Position numbers and translations under genes: made by a program. Below the pieces are notes generated by a model, which did not search any database, was not told the origin of the DNA, and saw only the letters and a program-made list of their open reading frames with translations. From the IMG/VR virus record IMGVR_UViG_3300027914_001419: a stretch of DNA of 64,000 nt; one strand, 5' to 3'. Below, piece by piece: positions 55,927 through 64,000 of this stretch; position 1 is the first letter of the stretch, and each line of letters begins with the position of its first letter. The stretch comes from an uncultured virus (IMG/VR IMGVR_UViG_3300027914_001419) (Duplodnaviria > Heunggongvirae > Uroviricota > Caudoviricetes).

Positions 55927-56208
55927 TCATGGCCCGGCGATCTTGGCCTTTACCCCCAGCCAGAGCGCTGTCGCCAAGGCAACCGCCAGTACACCGACCA
56001 ACACGATAACCCCATGGTCGGCGGCCTTTCGAAGTTTGTCGCCAAACCGCAATGATTCCTGAAACTCACTGACCTGCTTTGGGTCTTCCACGTCTACACC
56101 GAGGATCGCAAAGGTTTTTTTCACCGCTTTGTCCGCTGCGGCATTGGCGAATTCGCAATTCCGTTGCGATGTCGTCACGCAAGATTCGGGCATGTTATTT
56201 TCGGCCAT
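55927..56208 (-). CDS. Membrane-anchored hypothetical protein
   Basis: AVKKTFAILGVD...LRFG..LRK plus a C-terminal TM segment; AGGAG RBS. Confidence 0.65.
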   Translation of the reverse strand: MAENNMPESCVTTSQRNCEFANAAADKAVKKTFAILGVDVEDPKQVSEFQESLRFGDKLRKAADHGVIVLVGVLAVALATALWLGVKAKIAGP

Positions 56209-56263
56209 GCATATCTCCTGAAATCGCCGATTCGTTCGGGGAGGCGAACCTCCCCGCTCGTTA

Positions 56264-57307
56264 TTACTTCACTTTGATGCGTGTTCCGGCAAGGGGCTCC
56301 AGCAGCGTCACCAGGGGCGCGGACTGGCTCACGATCTCGATGGCGGGAGGGTTTTTCTTCAGCTCGTAATCGTGATACACCTGGCCACGGAATGACGGCG
56401 CATACAGGTTCTGGATGGCTCCGTACAACTCCTGGTTGCCGGTCGCCTGTGTCGAGCCGATGAAAACCTCATCCGTGGGGACATACGGTTTCATGGAGCC
56501 GTCGTCGTCCAGGTACTGGGCCGAATAGGTGAACAGGTCGAGGACCATGTCCGCGTCGCGGATGGTCCCGCAATACGTGGTGTATTTGTCCACAGCCACG
56601 GGGGATATCATGCCGAGCTTCATGTCCAGCATGTCCAGATATTTCTCGTTATCATCTGCCGCCAGCCACTTGCGGAACTCCGACCAGGCGCCGGAACCGA
56701 ACACGGCCGTGTCGCTCACCACCTGGCCGTCATCACGGTTTTTCCTGCATGCGCCCTGCAAATCGTCCCACGGCGCCGCGGCGGACTGTCCCCATCGGGC
56801 GTCGCCCTCCAGCGTCAGGTTGTGAGTCTCCGGGAGGTCAAAGCTGATGGTGTGGTTGTAGCCGTCGCCCACCACCGGGATAGCGCCGGTAAACAGGGCC
56901 TTCCCGGCCATCCACTCGCAGCGGAAAGCGATTTCATCGTTGTTTTCCGCCACTCTCTCACCGAGGAGCGCGGCCAGCAGTTCCGGCTGATCCGTGCCGG
57001 TATCATAGATAGTCGCGCCTGGCTTTCTGGCGCTCAGGTGCTCCGGGGTGATAATCTTGGTAGGCTTCAGCGTCGGGGGGGTGTAGGTCTTCATGGTGAA
57101 GCCCTGGGCCGCCGTGGCCTTGCCAGGCATGGTCGGGTGTACGAACGGCGCCATGCCGCGCTTGGGCATGACCAGGTCGAGGTCGATATGCGCGGTCCCG
57201 AAGGTGAAGACCCTTCCGAAAAACCGCTGCCGCAAAAACTTAGTAAGCACGGGCACCCGCTCGATTGCGGTGTGCATGCTGCGTTTCAAAAAAGCGTCGA
57301 GGCTCAT
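56264..57307 (-). CDS. Major capsid protein (lambda gpE-like)
   Basis: FL..RFF, MAPFVHP, EWMA..AL..G, QSAPL; follows the decoration gene. Confidence 0.9.
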   Translation of the reverse strand: MSLDAFLKRSMHTAIERVPVLTKFLRQRFFGRVFTFGTAHIDLDLVMPKRGMAPFVHPTMPGKATAAQGFTMKTYTPPTLKPTKIITPEHLSARKPGATIYDTGTDQPELLAALLGERVAENNDEIAFRCEWMAGKALFTGAIPVVGDGYNHTISFDLPETHNLTLEGDARWGQSAAAPWDDLQGACRKNRDDGQVVSDTAVFGSGAWSEFRKWLAADDNEKYLDMLDMKLGMISPVAVDKYTTYCGTIRDADMVLDLFTYSAQYLDDDGSMKPYVPTDEVFIGSTQATGNQELYGAIQNLYAPSFRGQVYHDYELKKNPPAIEIVSQSAPLVTLLEPLAGTRIKVK

Positions 57308-57369
57308 AATTTTGTCTCCTTGTTTGCTTGCCCTCTACCTCAGAGGGCGGCCGTCAAGCCGGGTGAGGG

Positions 57370-58305
57370 TCACAGGGTCCGCATATCGCGCAGGAACACC
57401 CCGCGAAGGCGGAGCGCATCCTGAATGTCCGTGTACACTGTGCCATCAGCCAGAGTCAGGGCATTGCGGTTGAATATGCCGGTTTCGTAATACACCGCCG
57501 GTTTGTCGGCCAGCGTCGCGTCAACAGCTTCCGCCAGGATGCCGACAGGGTTCTGGCTGCCGTCCACGGCGGTCTTGTCCACCAGCTTCAGGCCACCGGC
57601 CCCGGCGGTAACGGTGATGGTGAAGGTGTCCCCCACCGCGAAATCGGTATCGCCGTCGTTGATGGTGAAGCCGATGCGCTCGTTAGCATAGGCAACGCCT
57701 ACGCTGGCATCGGCAAAGCGGCCGCTTTTGGAGCCGACCACAGAGAAGACACCGCCATTGCCCGCCACGGCGGCCACGGTGATGGTGAAGGAGTCACCAG
57801 AGGCGAAATCGGCTTCGGTTCCATCGGCAATGGTGAAGGTGAGCCCGCCGCCGACGAATTCAACGCCTACGGTGGCAATCCCGACGGTGATACCGTCCGG
57901 ATCCTCTATGGTGAACTTGCCGGCATTAGTCGCGGGCTCGATGCAGACGGCGCGATAGACGCCGGTTTTTGCCCCAGTCCCTACAGTGGGGGTTGCGGTG
58001 ATAGCGCCATCGCCGGTGTTGCCGGCAACAGCGGCCCCGGCTGCCGCGCCTGCCGTCGGCGCACCGGCTCCTATGCAGGTCAGTTTCCAGACTTCCGGAA
58101 TCGTCAGGGCCTTGCCTGCCACTCCGGTGCAGGTTCCGTCGCCGGTATTGGTCCCGCCGGTCCCGGTGGCCGGAACGGTAACGCCAACAGCGCCAAGGAC
58201 CGCGCCACGCGGCAGGCTCTGCCCGGCCAACAGTGTCCCGGCCTTGGTCAGCGCCGGAAATTCGGTTCCGGCAAGCAGTTTGTCAGGGGTATAGGTTTCA
58301 GACAT
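57370..58305 (-). CDS. Head decoration protein (gpD-like) with inserted beta domains
   Basis: YTPDKLLAG...L.RGAVLG and DGSQNPVGILAE...Y.TG.FN..AL...LR.RGVF flank two FTI.DG..DF..GD.FTITV repeats. Confidence 0.82.
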   Translation of the reverse strand: MSETYTPDKLLAGTEFPALTKAGTLLAGQSLPRGAVLGAVGVTVPATGTGGTNTGDGTCTGVAGKALTIPEVWKLTCIGAGAPTAGAAAGAAVAGNTGDGAITATPTVGTGAKTGVYRAVCIEPATNAGKFTIEDPDGITVGIATVGVEFVGGGLTFTIADGTEADFASGDSFTITVAAVAGNGGVFSVVGSKSGRFADASVGVAYANERIGFTINDGDTDFAVGDTFTITVTAGAGGLKLVDKTAVDGSQNPVGILAEAVDATLADKPAVYYETGIFNRNALTLADGTVYTDIQDALRLRGVFLRDMRTL

Positions 58306-58339
58306 GATCTTCCTCCTCTATGGAATATCGTTGTGGGGG

Positions 58340-59662
58340 TCAGTTTCTCTTTACCCAGTCCTCGGCGGCTCTGGCCATGGCGTCACCACATGCGGCCTCC
58401 TTGACCTTCTCGGAGGCGGCGTCCATGCTCGCGTCCACTACCGGGGCCGCCTGTGTCGCGCCGGTCTGGATGTCGTCGGCCGCCTTGGCCAGGACTTCGG
58501 CCTCCTTGCGCTGGAGCGCCAGGGCCGTATCACCGGCGGACAGGCCGTTTTTCACGCCGTCCATGATAATGTCCCGATGCGCTTTGGCCGAAGGTCCGGG
58601 GATATCCAGGATGGACATAACCCTTGCCCTTTCGTCGTTCGCCCCTGCCGTTCGCCCTTCCGCGATACCCGCCTGCTTGCCCTCTTCAAAAATCTCCGCG
58701 TACAGGGCGGGATGCTGTTGCTGCAAGTCTTCTCTGGTCATACGCTGTTCTCCTTTCGGTTTTTCCGCCGTGGCTGTCCCGCCCGGTACGGATATTGTTC
58801 TTCTACTATGCGATGCGCCCAGGTCTTTCATGTGCGCTATCATCTCGTCAAAACTCTTCATGCCGTCTGCCAGACCCGCTTCAATCGCCTGTCTGCCGGT
58901 GAAGATCCGCGCATCGGCGACCTCATCGGCGACCTTTTGCCGCTCCATGCCGCGATAGTCGGCCATGGAATCGACAAACGCGCCATACAGATAATCGACC
59001 CGTTCCTGCATCTGGCCCCGGTCCTCTTCGGACAGCGGCCCGTAGGGATGGCCGACGCCCTTGTATTTCCCGGCGGTAATCAGCGTGGTTTTTTCCCCGC
59101 GCTTTTCTTCCTGTTTAGAGATATCCCGGTGCATGGCAATGACGCCTATGGAGCCAAGCTCCGTGGCGTTGCTGCCGATGTAGGTGGCTTCCGTGGCCGC
59201 TCCCAAAAGCTGGGCCGCGCTGGTCATGTAACCATCGGTCCAGGCCATGAGCGGCTTTATCGCCGAGGCGTTGCGGAGAAATTCGGCCGTGTCGAACAAC
59301 TGGTTGACCGCGCCGCCGGGGGAATCGAAATTGAGCAGGATAGCGGTCACGGCCGGGTCCTTCAGCGCGCTTTCCACATCGTTGCGGATGGCCGCGTAGG
59401 AGGTGGCACCGGAGATCTCCTGAAACATCGTCGCCCGCGGAATCATCGGTCCCATTACCGGGATGACCGCTACCCCGTCCATAACCGTCGTGGGGAGCCG
59501 CGACCCGTCCAGCCGCTTGCCGGTTGACGCCTCGATGCGGGCGATGTCCTCTGGAGACAACCGCCCGTTACGGGTCAGGTGCGCCTCGTAGATGTCCCAC
59601 ATCAACGTCAGGGTCTCGCCCCGGATAGCCCAGGGGCTCTGTAAAATCGTCAGTACACTCAT
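58340..59662 (-). CDS. S49 prohead protease/scaffold (lambda gpC-like)
   Basis: DSPGG, TSAA, GSIGV, AGKYK; helical scaffold C-terminus with a possible internal start after AAGGAG (MTREDL). Confidence 0.92.
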   Translation of the reverse strand: MSVLTILQSPWAIRGETLTLMWDIYEAHLTRNGRLSPEDIARIEASTGKRLDGSRLPTTVMDGVAVIPVMGPMIPRATMFQEISGATSYAAIRNDVESALKDPAVTAILLNFDSPGGAVNQLFDTAEFLRNASAIKPLMAWTDGYMTSAAQLLGAATEATYIGSNATELGSIGVIAMHRDISKQEEKRGEKTTLITAGKYKGVGHPYGPLSEEDRGQMQERVDYLYGAFVDSMADYRGMERQKVADEVADARIFTGRQAIEAGLADGMKSFDEMIAHMKDLGASHSRRTISVPGGTATAEKPKGEQRMTREDLQQQHPALYAEIFEEGKQAGIAEGRTAGANDERARVMSILDIPGPSAKAHRDIIMDGVKNGLSAGDTALALQRKEAEVLAKAADDIQTGATQAAPVVDASMDAASEKVKEAACGDAMARAAEDWVKRN

Positions 59663-61329
59663 TCCGCCTCCGGAAGATCGGGGTTCTGGACAGGGGCTTC
59701 CTTTACGGCGGCCGGGGTTTCCGTCTTCGCGCCCGCCGGGGGTATCCCTTGTGTTGCCCGCATCTTCTCTTCCTTGCCCCGCTGTACGATGTTGGTTTCC
59801 CAGTCGCCGCCGTTCATGGCCGCTGTTTCCTGGGATAGCGTCGTGATGCCGAGGGCCGAGCGCCGTTCCGCCGCCTCCACCTCGTCCACCGGGTTAATAA
59901 TCGGTTTGGACGGGCCGGTCCATTCGTGCCCCATCCACGCCGCACGAATCATCGGATCGCTGAAAAAGCCGGGGGCGTAGATAGTGCCCTGGGCCACTTC
60001 CTGGGCCAGCCACACGGCAAAGACAGGGTCGCAATGGTCTTCGACCAGTTCGGCCCGCATGCACAGGAAGAAACGCCAGGCGTCCTCCATGGCGGCCCGC
60101 GCCGCGCTGTAGCTGGCGGTATAGTGCTTTATCACTACCTCATACGGGATGCCGATACGCAGCCCGATCTGGCGCACGCACGCGAGAAAGAACGGGTCGA
60201 AATTGGCGTTGGGCAGGTTCGGGTCCGCTGTCTGTATCTCTTGGTCTCTCCCCAGGCCGACCACCGCGCCGTAACCCAGGCGGATATTGCCGGTCGTGGC
60301 CGCGCTCTCGCCTGCTCCGGTCTGAACCGTCATGCCCGGCAGCCGCCGCACCGCCGGGGCCAGCGGCGTATTGTCCAGACTCTGGCCGGTGCTCTTGATG
60401 AACACGGTAAAGAGCGCCGACACCACGGCCCGCTTCAGTTCGGCCTTGGTCATACGCGCCATGTCCTTGAGGGGCTCCAGCACTCCGGCCAGCATGGGAA
60501 TGCCCCGCGTCTGGCTCGGCCGTTCGGGCCGGTAGTAGTGGAGCACGTTCCGCAGGCCGGTTTTGCTGTTGAAGGCCGGGTACGGGTCCCATACCATCCG
60601 GTCGGGGTCGGCATAGAGCACATTGCCGGGATGGCCGCGAGTGAGCCAATAGCGCACCGGCGCGCCGTCTTCGTCTTTCTCCACGCCGCCGGTAAAGCCC
60701 CGGCGGTCGGGCTGTTTGTTGGGGTTGCACAGCCGGTCGGCCTCTATCGCCTGCATCCGGAGGGGGTTGGTCAGGCCCGGCAGTGGTTTGACCGGCAGAA
60801 GGGTGATGGCCTCGCCATTGATGATGCGGGACCGGAGGGCAAGCTGGGCATGGCCGTTAAAAGACAGGGTCCGCTCGATGTCGCAATCCTTTGAGCCTGC
60901 CCACAGCTTCCAGCGGCGCTCGAGGTTGCGTTGCCAGGCGTCGGCTTCCGGGTCGGACAGGCCCAACAGTTCGCGGTCGATGTGGCTTTGCAGGGTGAGC
61001 CCGACGCCGACGGTATTCATGATGGTGGTGTTGACAATGCCGCCCGCCACCGGCTGGTTGCGCACTGCGTCACGCGAACGGGAGCGCATGTCGTCCAGAC
61101 CGGCCAGGGATGAATCGGCATCGGAGGGAAATGGGGTCCATTCGCCCATCTCGCGGCCAGCTCGATCCGCGCCGTCATACCCGCCGCCGGAGGAAAAGGC
61201 TTCCGACACCAGGGACATCTGGGCGCGGGCCTGCATCCGTTGCGAGGCCCGGACCGGCGCGAAATACTCCACGATCCTGTCGATGAAGTTTCCCGCTATC
61301 AATTTTTCAACTGCGCGGTCTTTCAGCAT
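59659..61329 (-). CDS. Portal protein, lambda family
   Basis: RSRSRDAVRN, IEADRL, QTRGIP, SYSAARAA, INPVDEV. Confidence 0.93.
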   Translation of the reverse strand: MLKDRAVEKLIAGNFIDRIVEYFAPVRASQRMQARAQMSLVSEAFSSGGGYDGADRAGREMGEWTPFPSDADSSLAGLDDMRSRSRDAVRNQPVAGGIVNTTIMNTVGVGLTLQSHIDRELLGLSDPEADAWQRNLERRWKLWAGSKDCDIERTLSFNGHAQLALRSRIINGEAITLLPVKPLPGLTNPLRMQAIEADRLCNPNKQPDRRGFTGGVEKDEDGAPVRYWLTRGHPGNVLYADPDRMVWDPYPAFNSKTGLRNVLHYYRPERPSQTRGIPMLAGVLEPLKDMARMTKAELKRAVVSALFTVFIKSTGQSLDNTPLAPAVRRLPGMTVQTGAGESAATTGNIRLGYGAVVGLGRDQEIQTADPNLPNANFDPFFLACVRQIGLRIGIPYEVVIKHYTASYSAARAAMEDAWRFFLCMRAELVEDHCDPVFAVWLAQEVAQGTIYAPGFFSDPMIRAAWMGHEWTGPSKPIINPVDEVEAAERRSALGITTLSQETAAMNGGDWETNIVQRGKEEKMRATQGIPPAGAKTETPAAVKEAPVQNPDLPEAE

Positions 61330-61571
61330 GGCGGAATGACTCCGTATACCCGTATGCCGCCGCCCCCGGCCAGCTCGCGCACTTTGCCGTCCCAGAACTC
61401 GAGGTTGCGGCGCACCTCCGCCGCGTCGGCCCTGGTAAGGCTGCGCCCGCCCGAGGTCGTATTGATGCTGAAGGACTGCGCGCCGGAGGCAAGGGCCGCA
61501 TCCGCCGTCATCCAGGCGGCCAGTTGAGTCTTTGCTTCGGCAAGGGTGATTCCGTTATCGTCGGGCATCAA
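61323..61571 (-). CDS. gpW-like head completion protein
   Basis: ITLAEAKTQLAAW..A...GRSLTRAD..EVR..LEFW; directly upstream of the portal. Confidence 0.85.
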   Translation of the reverse strand: MMPDDNGITLAEAKTQLAAWMTADAALASGAQSFSINTTSGGRSLTRADAAEVRRNLEFWDGKVRELAGGGGIRVYGVIPPC

Positions 61572-61770
61572 GGATCTCCTGGGGAGTTGGCGTGGGGCGT
61601 TATATGGTCGGCCGCTATTTTCCCGCTACCCAGAGCGGGCGGGAAGGGGTATAAGGTGACAAAAGGTGGTATTTTTCCAAGAAAATGCAGGATGGGGGTT
61701 TTTGGGGAGAAGTTTTTTCTTGATTCTTTTCTGGCCATGGCGGCCGGGAAGCTTATGGACGAACGGGCGG

Positions 61771-61810
61771 AAAAAAAGAAAGGCGGGGTTTCCCCCGCCT
61801 TTCTTTTTTT
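61771..61810. terminator. Bidirectional Rho-independent terminator after the HTH array
   Basis: AAAAAAAGAAAGGCGGGG-TTTC-CCCCGCCTTTCTTTTTTT. Confidence 0.85.
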
Positions 61811-61922
61811 CAGGCTTCGTCTTTGGCAACAAGGCTGATGGTCTGGTTGAGAAGGGTTTCGATGTCTCTGAACCAGTATCTGAAGGGTTTTTCAAGGGGG
61901 TTTTTTCTTGAGGTGTTCTCCG

Positions 61923-62150
61923 TTACGCCTTTTCCGGCTTTATCTCGATGATGAATGTTTCGTTGAAATAGTTTGCAAGTAGTTGAATTGTGTCAATGGT
62001 GGGGTGCCCGATTCCCTTCATGTACCGGCTAACCGCCGATTGAGTCAGTCCGATTTCTCTTGCGATAGCTGATTGACTGGACTTGGCAACGGCTTCACGA
62101 ATCAAAATAACTATTCTTTCCGGTGTTTTTGAATTGCCTCTACCCTTCAT
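61923..62150 (-). CDS. XRE-type HTH protein (array member 4)
   Basis: KTPERIV...SQSAIAREIGLTQSAVSRYMKGIGHP...F.IEIKP. Confidence 0.85.
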   Translation of the reverse strand: MKGRGNSKTPERIVILIREAVAKSSQSAIAREIGLTQSAVSRYMKGIGHPTIDTIQLLANYFNETFIIEIKPEKA

Positions 62151-62398
62151 AAAACCCCCACAATATCGCCAGATTGCGGCTTGATTTGAATATCAAATGT
62201 TTTGCCGGTATAGTCTGAGAGGCGCTGAAGCGTGGTAAACGTTGGCTCCCCAATTCCATCACGATAGCGGGCGAGTGAAGCCATACCGATCCCTGTTGCA
62301 TTGGATAATGCCAAAAGTCTACTTTTCGTCAAAAGCTCTTTAACCAGGTCAATCACCCAAACTGGTGTTTTTCCTGTGCCTCTTCCTCTTGGGCTCAT
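62147..62398 (-). CDS. XRE-type HTH protein (array member 3)
   Basis: GKTPVWV...GIGMASLARYRDGIGEP...FDIQIKP. Confidence 0.85.
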   Translation of the reverse strand: MSPRGRGTGKTPVWVIDLVKELLTKSRLLALSNATGIGMASLARYRDGIGEPTFTTLQRLSDYTGKTFDIQIKPQSGDIVGVL

Positions 62399-62610
62399 AG
62401 ATCCTCCGGTTTAATCTCAATGGTGAAAGTGGTTTTGAAATAGTTTGCCAACTTTTGAAGACTGGCATATGTCGGCTCGGTTGCTCCTGCGAGATATTTG
62501 TCCACGCTGTTCGGGTTAATTCCTGATTTTTTGCAAAATTGGTTCAGGCTTATCTTCTCAGGAATTTCTGAATTGAGTAGGTCAACAACTCTTTGGAATG
62601 TTTTTCCCAT
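62395..62610 (-). CDS. XRE-type HTH protein (array member 2)
   Basis: GKTFQRVV...SGINPNSVDKYLAGATEP...FTIEIKP. Confidence 0.85.
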   Translation of the reverse strand: MGKTFQRVVDLLNSEIPEKISLNQFCKKSGINPNSVDKYLAGATEPTYASLQKLANYFKTTFTIEIKPEDL

Positions 62611-62642
62611 AATTCCCCCTGCTCTATCTAAAGGCTGAAAAG

Positions 62643-63140
62643 CTAATCCTGTTGCCCGGACGGTTTAATCTCTATAATAAATGTACGCCCAGTATAATCA
62701 GCTAGTCGCTGTATACTAGAGAGACGGGGTTCACCTATGCCCTTCAAATATCGCTGTATACTCAAAAGAGTTAATCCAGACTCTCTGGCCACAGCGCTTT
62801 GGCCCTTTTCTGCGACTAATTCCGTCAGCAACTCAACCAACCATTCAGGTGTTTTTCCCAGTATGATTTCCTGAGATTTATTTGATGTAATCAGCTCCAT
62901 TTCAGTTATAGCCATAACTGATATCTCAAGATATTCGGCAATCTTTGTGACAAAAGCCTCTGTCAACCTCTGTTTTCCAGTTAATAATCTACCAACGTAA
63001 GACGATGAGAAACCGGAACTGGCTCCGATTTCAGCAAATAATCCGTAAGTCCCCCATTCTCCCCTCTTAGTAAGTTCTTCGATTATTCGCTGTAATACAA
63101 ATGTCTGATTTTCTTTTAAGAACATTGCTATCGTTTGCAT
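62643..63140 (-). CDS. Double-HTH protein (array member 1)
   Basis: Start at ATG 63140 (GGGAGG RBS). N-terminal HTH (SGFSSSYVGRLLTG) plus a C-terminal array-type HTH (GKTPEWL...SGLTLLSIQRYLKGIGEP...FIIEIKP). Confidence 0.8.
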   Translation of the reverse strand: MQTIAMFLKENQTFVLQRIIEELTKRGEWGTYGLFAEIGASSGFSSSYVGRLLTGKQRLTEAFVTKIAEYLEISVMAITEMELITSNKSQEIILGKTPEWLVELLTELVAEKGQSAVARESGLTLLSIQRYLKGIGEPRLSSIQRLADYTGRTFIIEIKPSGQQD

Positions 63141-63249
63141 TATCCCTCCCCACTGCTTAATCTTCGTTTCGATTCCCTGGCATCTACCCAAATTGGCCGT
63201 GCGCAGGTGCCCCGGCTGCCAGCGAAACGATAGACGGCGGCCGCAGCGA

Positions 63250-63612
63250 CTACTCCGCCCACCGCGCCGGGTCAATCTCGTACTCACGGCGGAAGACCTC
63301 CACCGATACGGCGGTTATCCTGATGCCCTGAGAGGGCCGCAAGCCGTTTTCGCCCTCTTTCGCGCCGTCATCAACCGCTATCAGCTTGCCCTCTTTTACC
63401 CGGCCCAGTGCCCACTTGCCGCTTTTTCCGAAGATAGCCCCGGCCTCGTCGGGCGAATAGCAGAGGTTTTCCAGGATATGCCGCTTCTTTACCTCGGAAA
63501 TGTCCGCCATTGTCACCCTCAGCCGTGGCATATCCTTGTTCTGTTCGATCCGTATCGCTTCCTTTTCCGTCACGCACCACCCCGTTTCCCGCCTTGCGGC
63601 GTCAGATTCCAT
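63250..63612 (-). CDS. Small DNA-binding (excisionase-like HTH) protein
   Basis: YSPDEAGAIFGKSGKW....VKEGKLIA...IRITAVSVE.F. Confidence 0.65.
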   Translation of the reverse strand: MESDAARRETGWCVTEKEAIRIEQNKDMPRLRVTMADISEVKKRHILENLCYSPDEAGAIFGKSGKWALGRVKEGKLIAVDDGAKEGENGLRPSQGIRITAVSVEVFRREYEIDPARWAE

Positions 63613-64000
63613 TACTCAGCATTTGCGCCGCGCCGCCTGACTGATCCATCAGGTTTTCCCGCCGCGCATTATGAAAATTGCTCACATTCGCCAGCACCAG
63701 CGCCATTACCTCGCAGTCCCAGAGGTGATTCGCCCTGTTGTTCGGGTTCTGCCACAGCCCGCCCGAGTCTCTCCCTTCGGCGCAGCAGTGCCGGGCGTAC
63801 TCCTCCAGGCTGTTCCGCTGGTCAACAGCGGCTCCAGACGCTTTCAGCTTCCATTGCTCCGTGGTGAATCCGCTGTGCAGAAGCCACGCGCCGGGGTCCG
63901 ATGGCTCCACCATCAGCCTCAGCGCCAATTCGTCCTTGAATTTGTGGGTATTAAAGGTATGCAGCCGCACCACGCCCGGTAAAGGCTTGTTGGTGCCTGG
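63602..64000 (-). CDS. Terminase large subunit, GpA type, C-terminal part (start outside the window)
   Basis: YARHCCAE...W....RANHLWDCEVMA is the GpA nuclease-end signature; upstream of gpW and portal. Confidence 0.85.
   Translation of the reverse strand, partial: PGTNKPLPGVVRLHTFNTHKFKDELALRLMVEPSDPGAWLLHSGFTTEQWKLKASGAAVDQRNSLEEYARHCCAEGRDSGGLWQNPNNRANHLWDCEVMALVLANVSNFHNARRENLMDQSGGAAQMLSNGI

Larger units (their letters stand above)
39783..64000 (-). mobile_element. Second prophage (lambda-type head module, non-contractile tail); late region only, continues beyond the window
   Basis: GpA-type terminase, gpW, lambda-family portal, S49 protease, gpD-like decoration, gpE-like capsid, lysis and tail genes, all on the minus strand. 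Confidence 0.9.

Noticed and set aside
4982..60894. Many long antisense or alternate-frame ORFs (e.g. 4982-6373, 29231-30694, 31015-32391, 58304-59527)
   Set aside because: They overlap well-supported genes and are expected shadows of GC-rich codon usage.

Overview
The window holds two head-to-head prophages separated by a tRNA-Thr(CGT) gene (39544-39619, minus strand). The sequence is GC-rich; a Geobacter/Desulfuromonadales-like host is my inference only. (1) A Mu-like transposable prophage, apparently complete apart from one N gap, spans 1281-39454. Its TG...CA ends, three right-end transposase sites and a 5-bp AGAGA target duplication are readable directly. It encodes repressor, Ner, MuA, MuB, GemA, an internally duplicated Mor, a c4-like antisense RNA/Rha module, lysis genes, Mu-type head genes (MuF with a nuclease-like C-terminal extension) and a non-contractile tail. 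(2) The late region of a lambda-head-type prophage lies on the minus strand (39783 to >64000). It has terminase, an array of four paralogous HTH genes, gpW, portal, S49 protease, decoration protein, capsid, lysis and tail genes in an unusual order, and a glycosyltransferase. Its tail fibre ends in a DGR-type C-type-lectin variable region, followed by a decayed avd::reverse-transcriptase deletion fusion. Main observations: the fossil diversity-generating retroelement; tail tube (about 91% aa identity) and tape-measure genes shared between the two otherwise unrelated phages; two early Mu cassettes with a duplicated leader and a terminase-nuclease-like fragment; several palindromic repeat families, some translated in frame inside phage genes; and the tandem HTH array. 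A partial Y1/RAYT-like transposase sits at the left edge. All family assignments come from motif recognition by eye; no database search was run.
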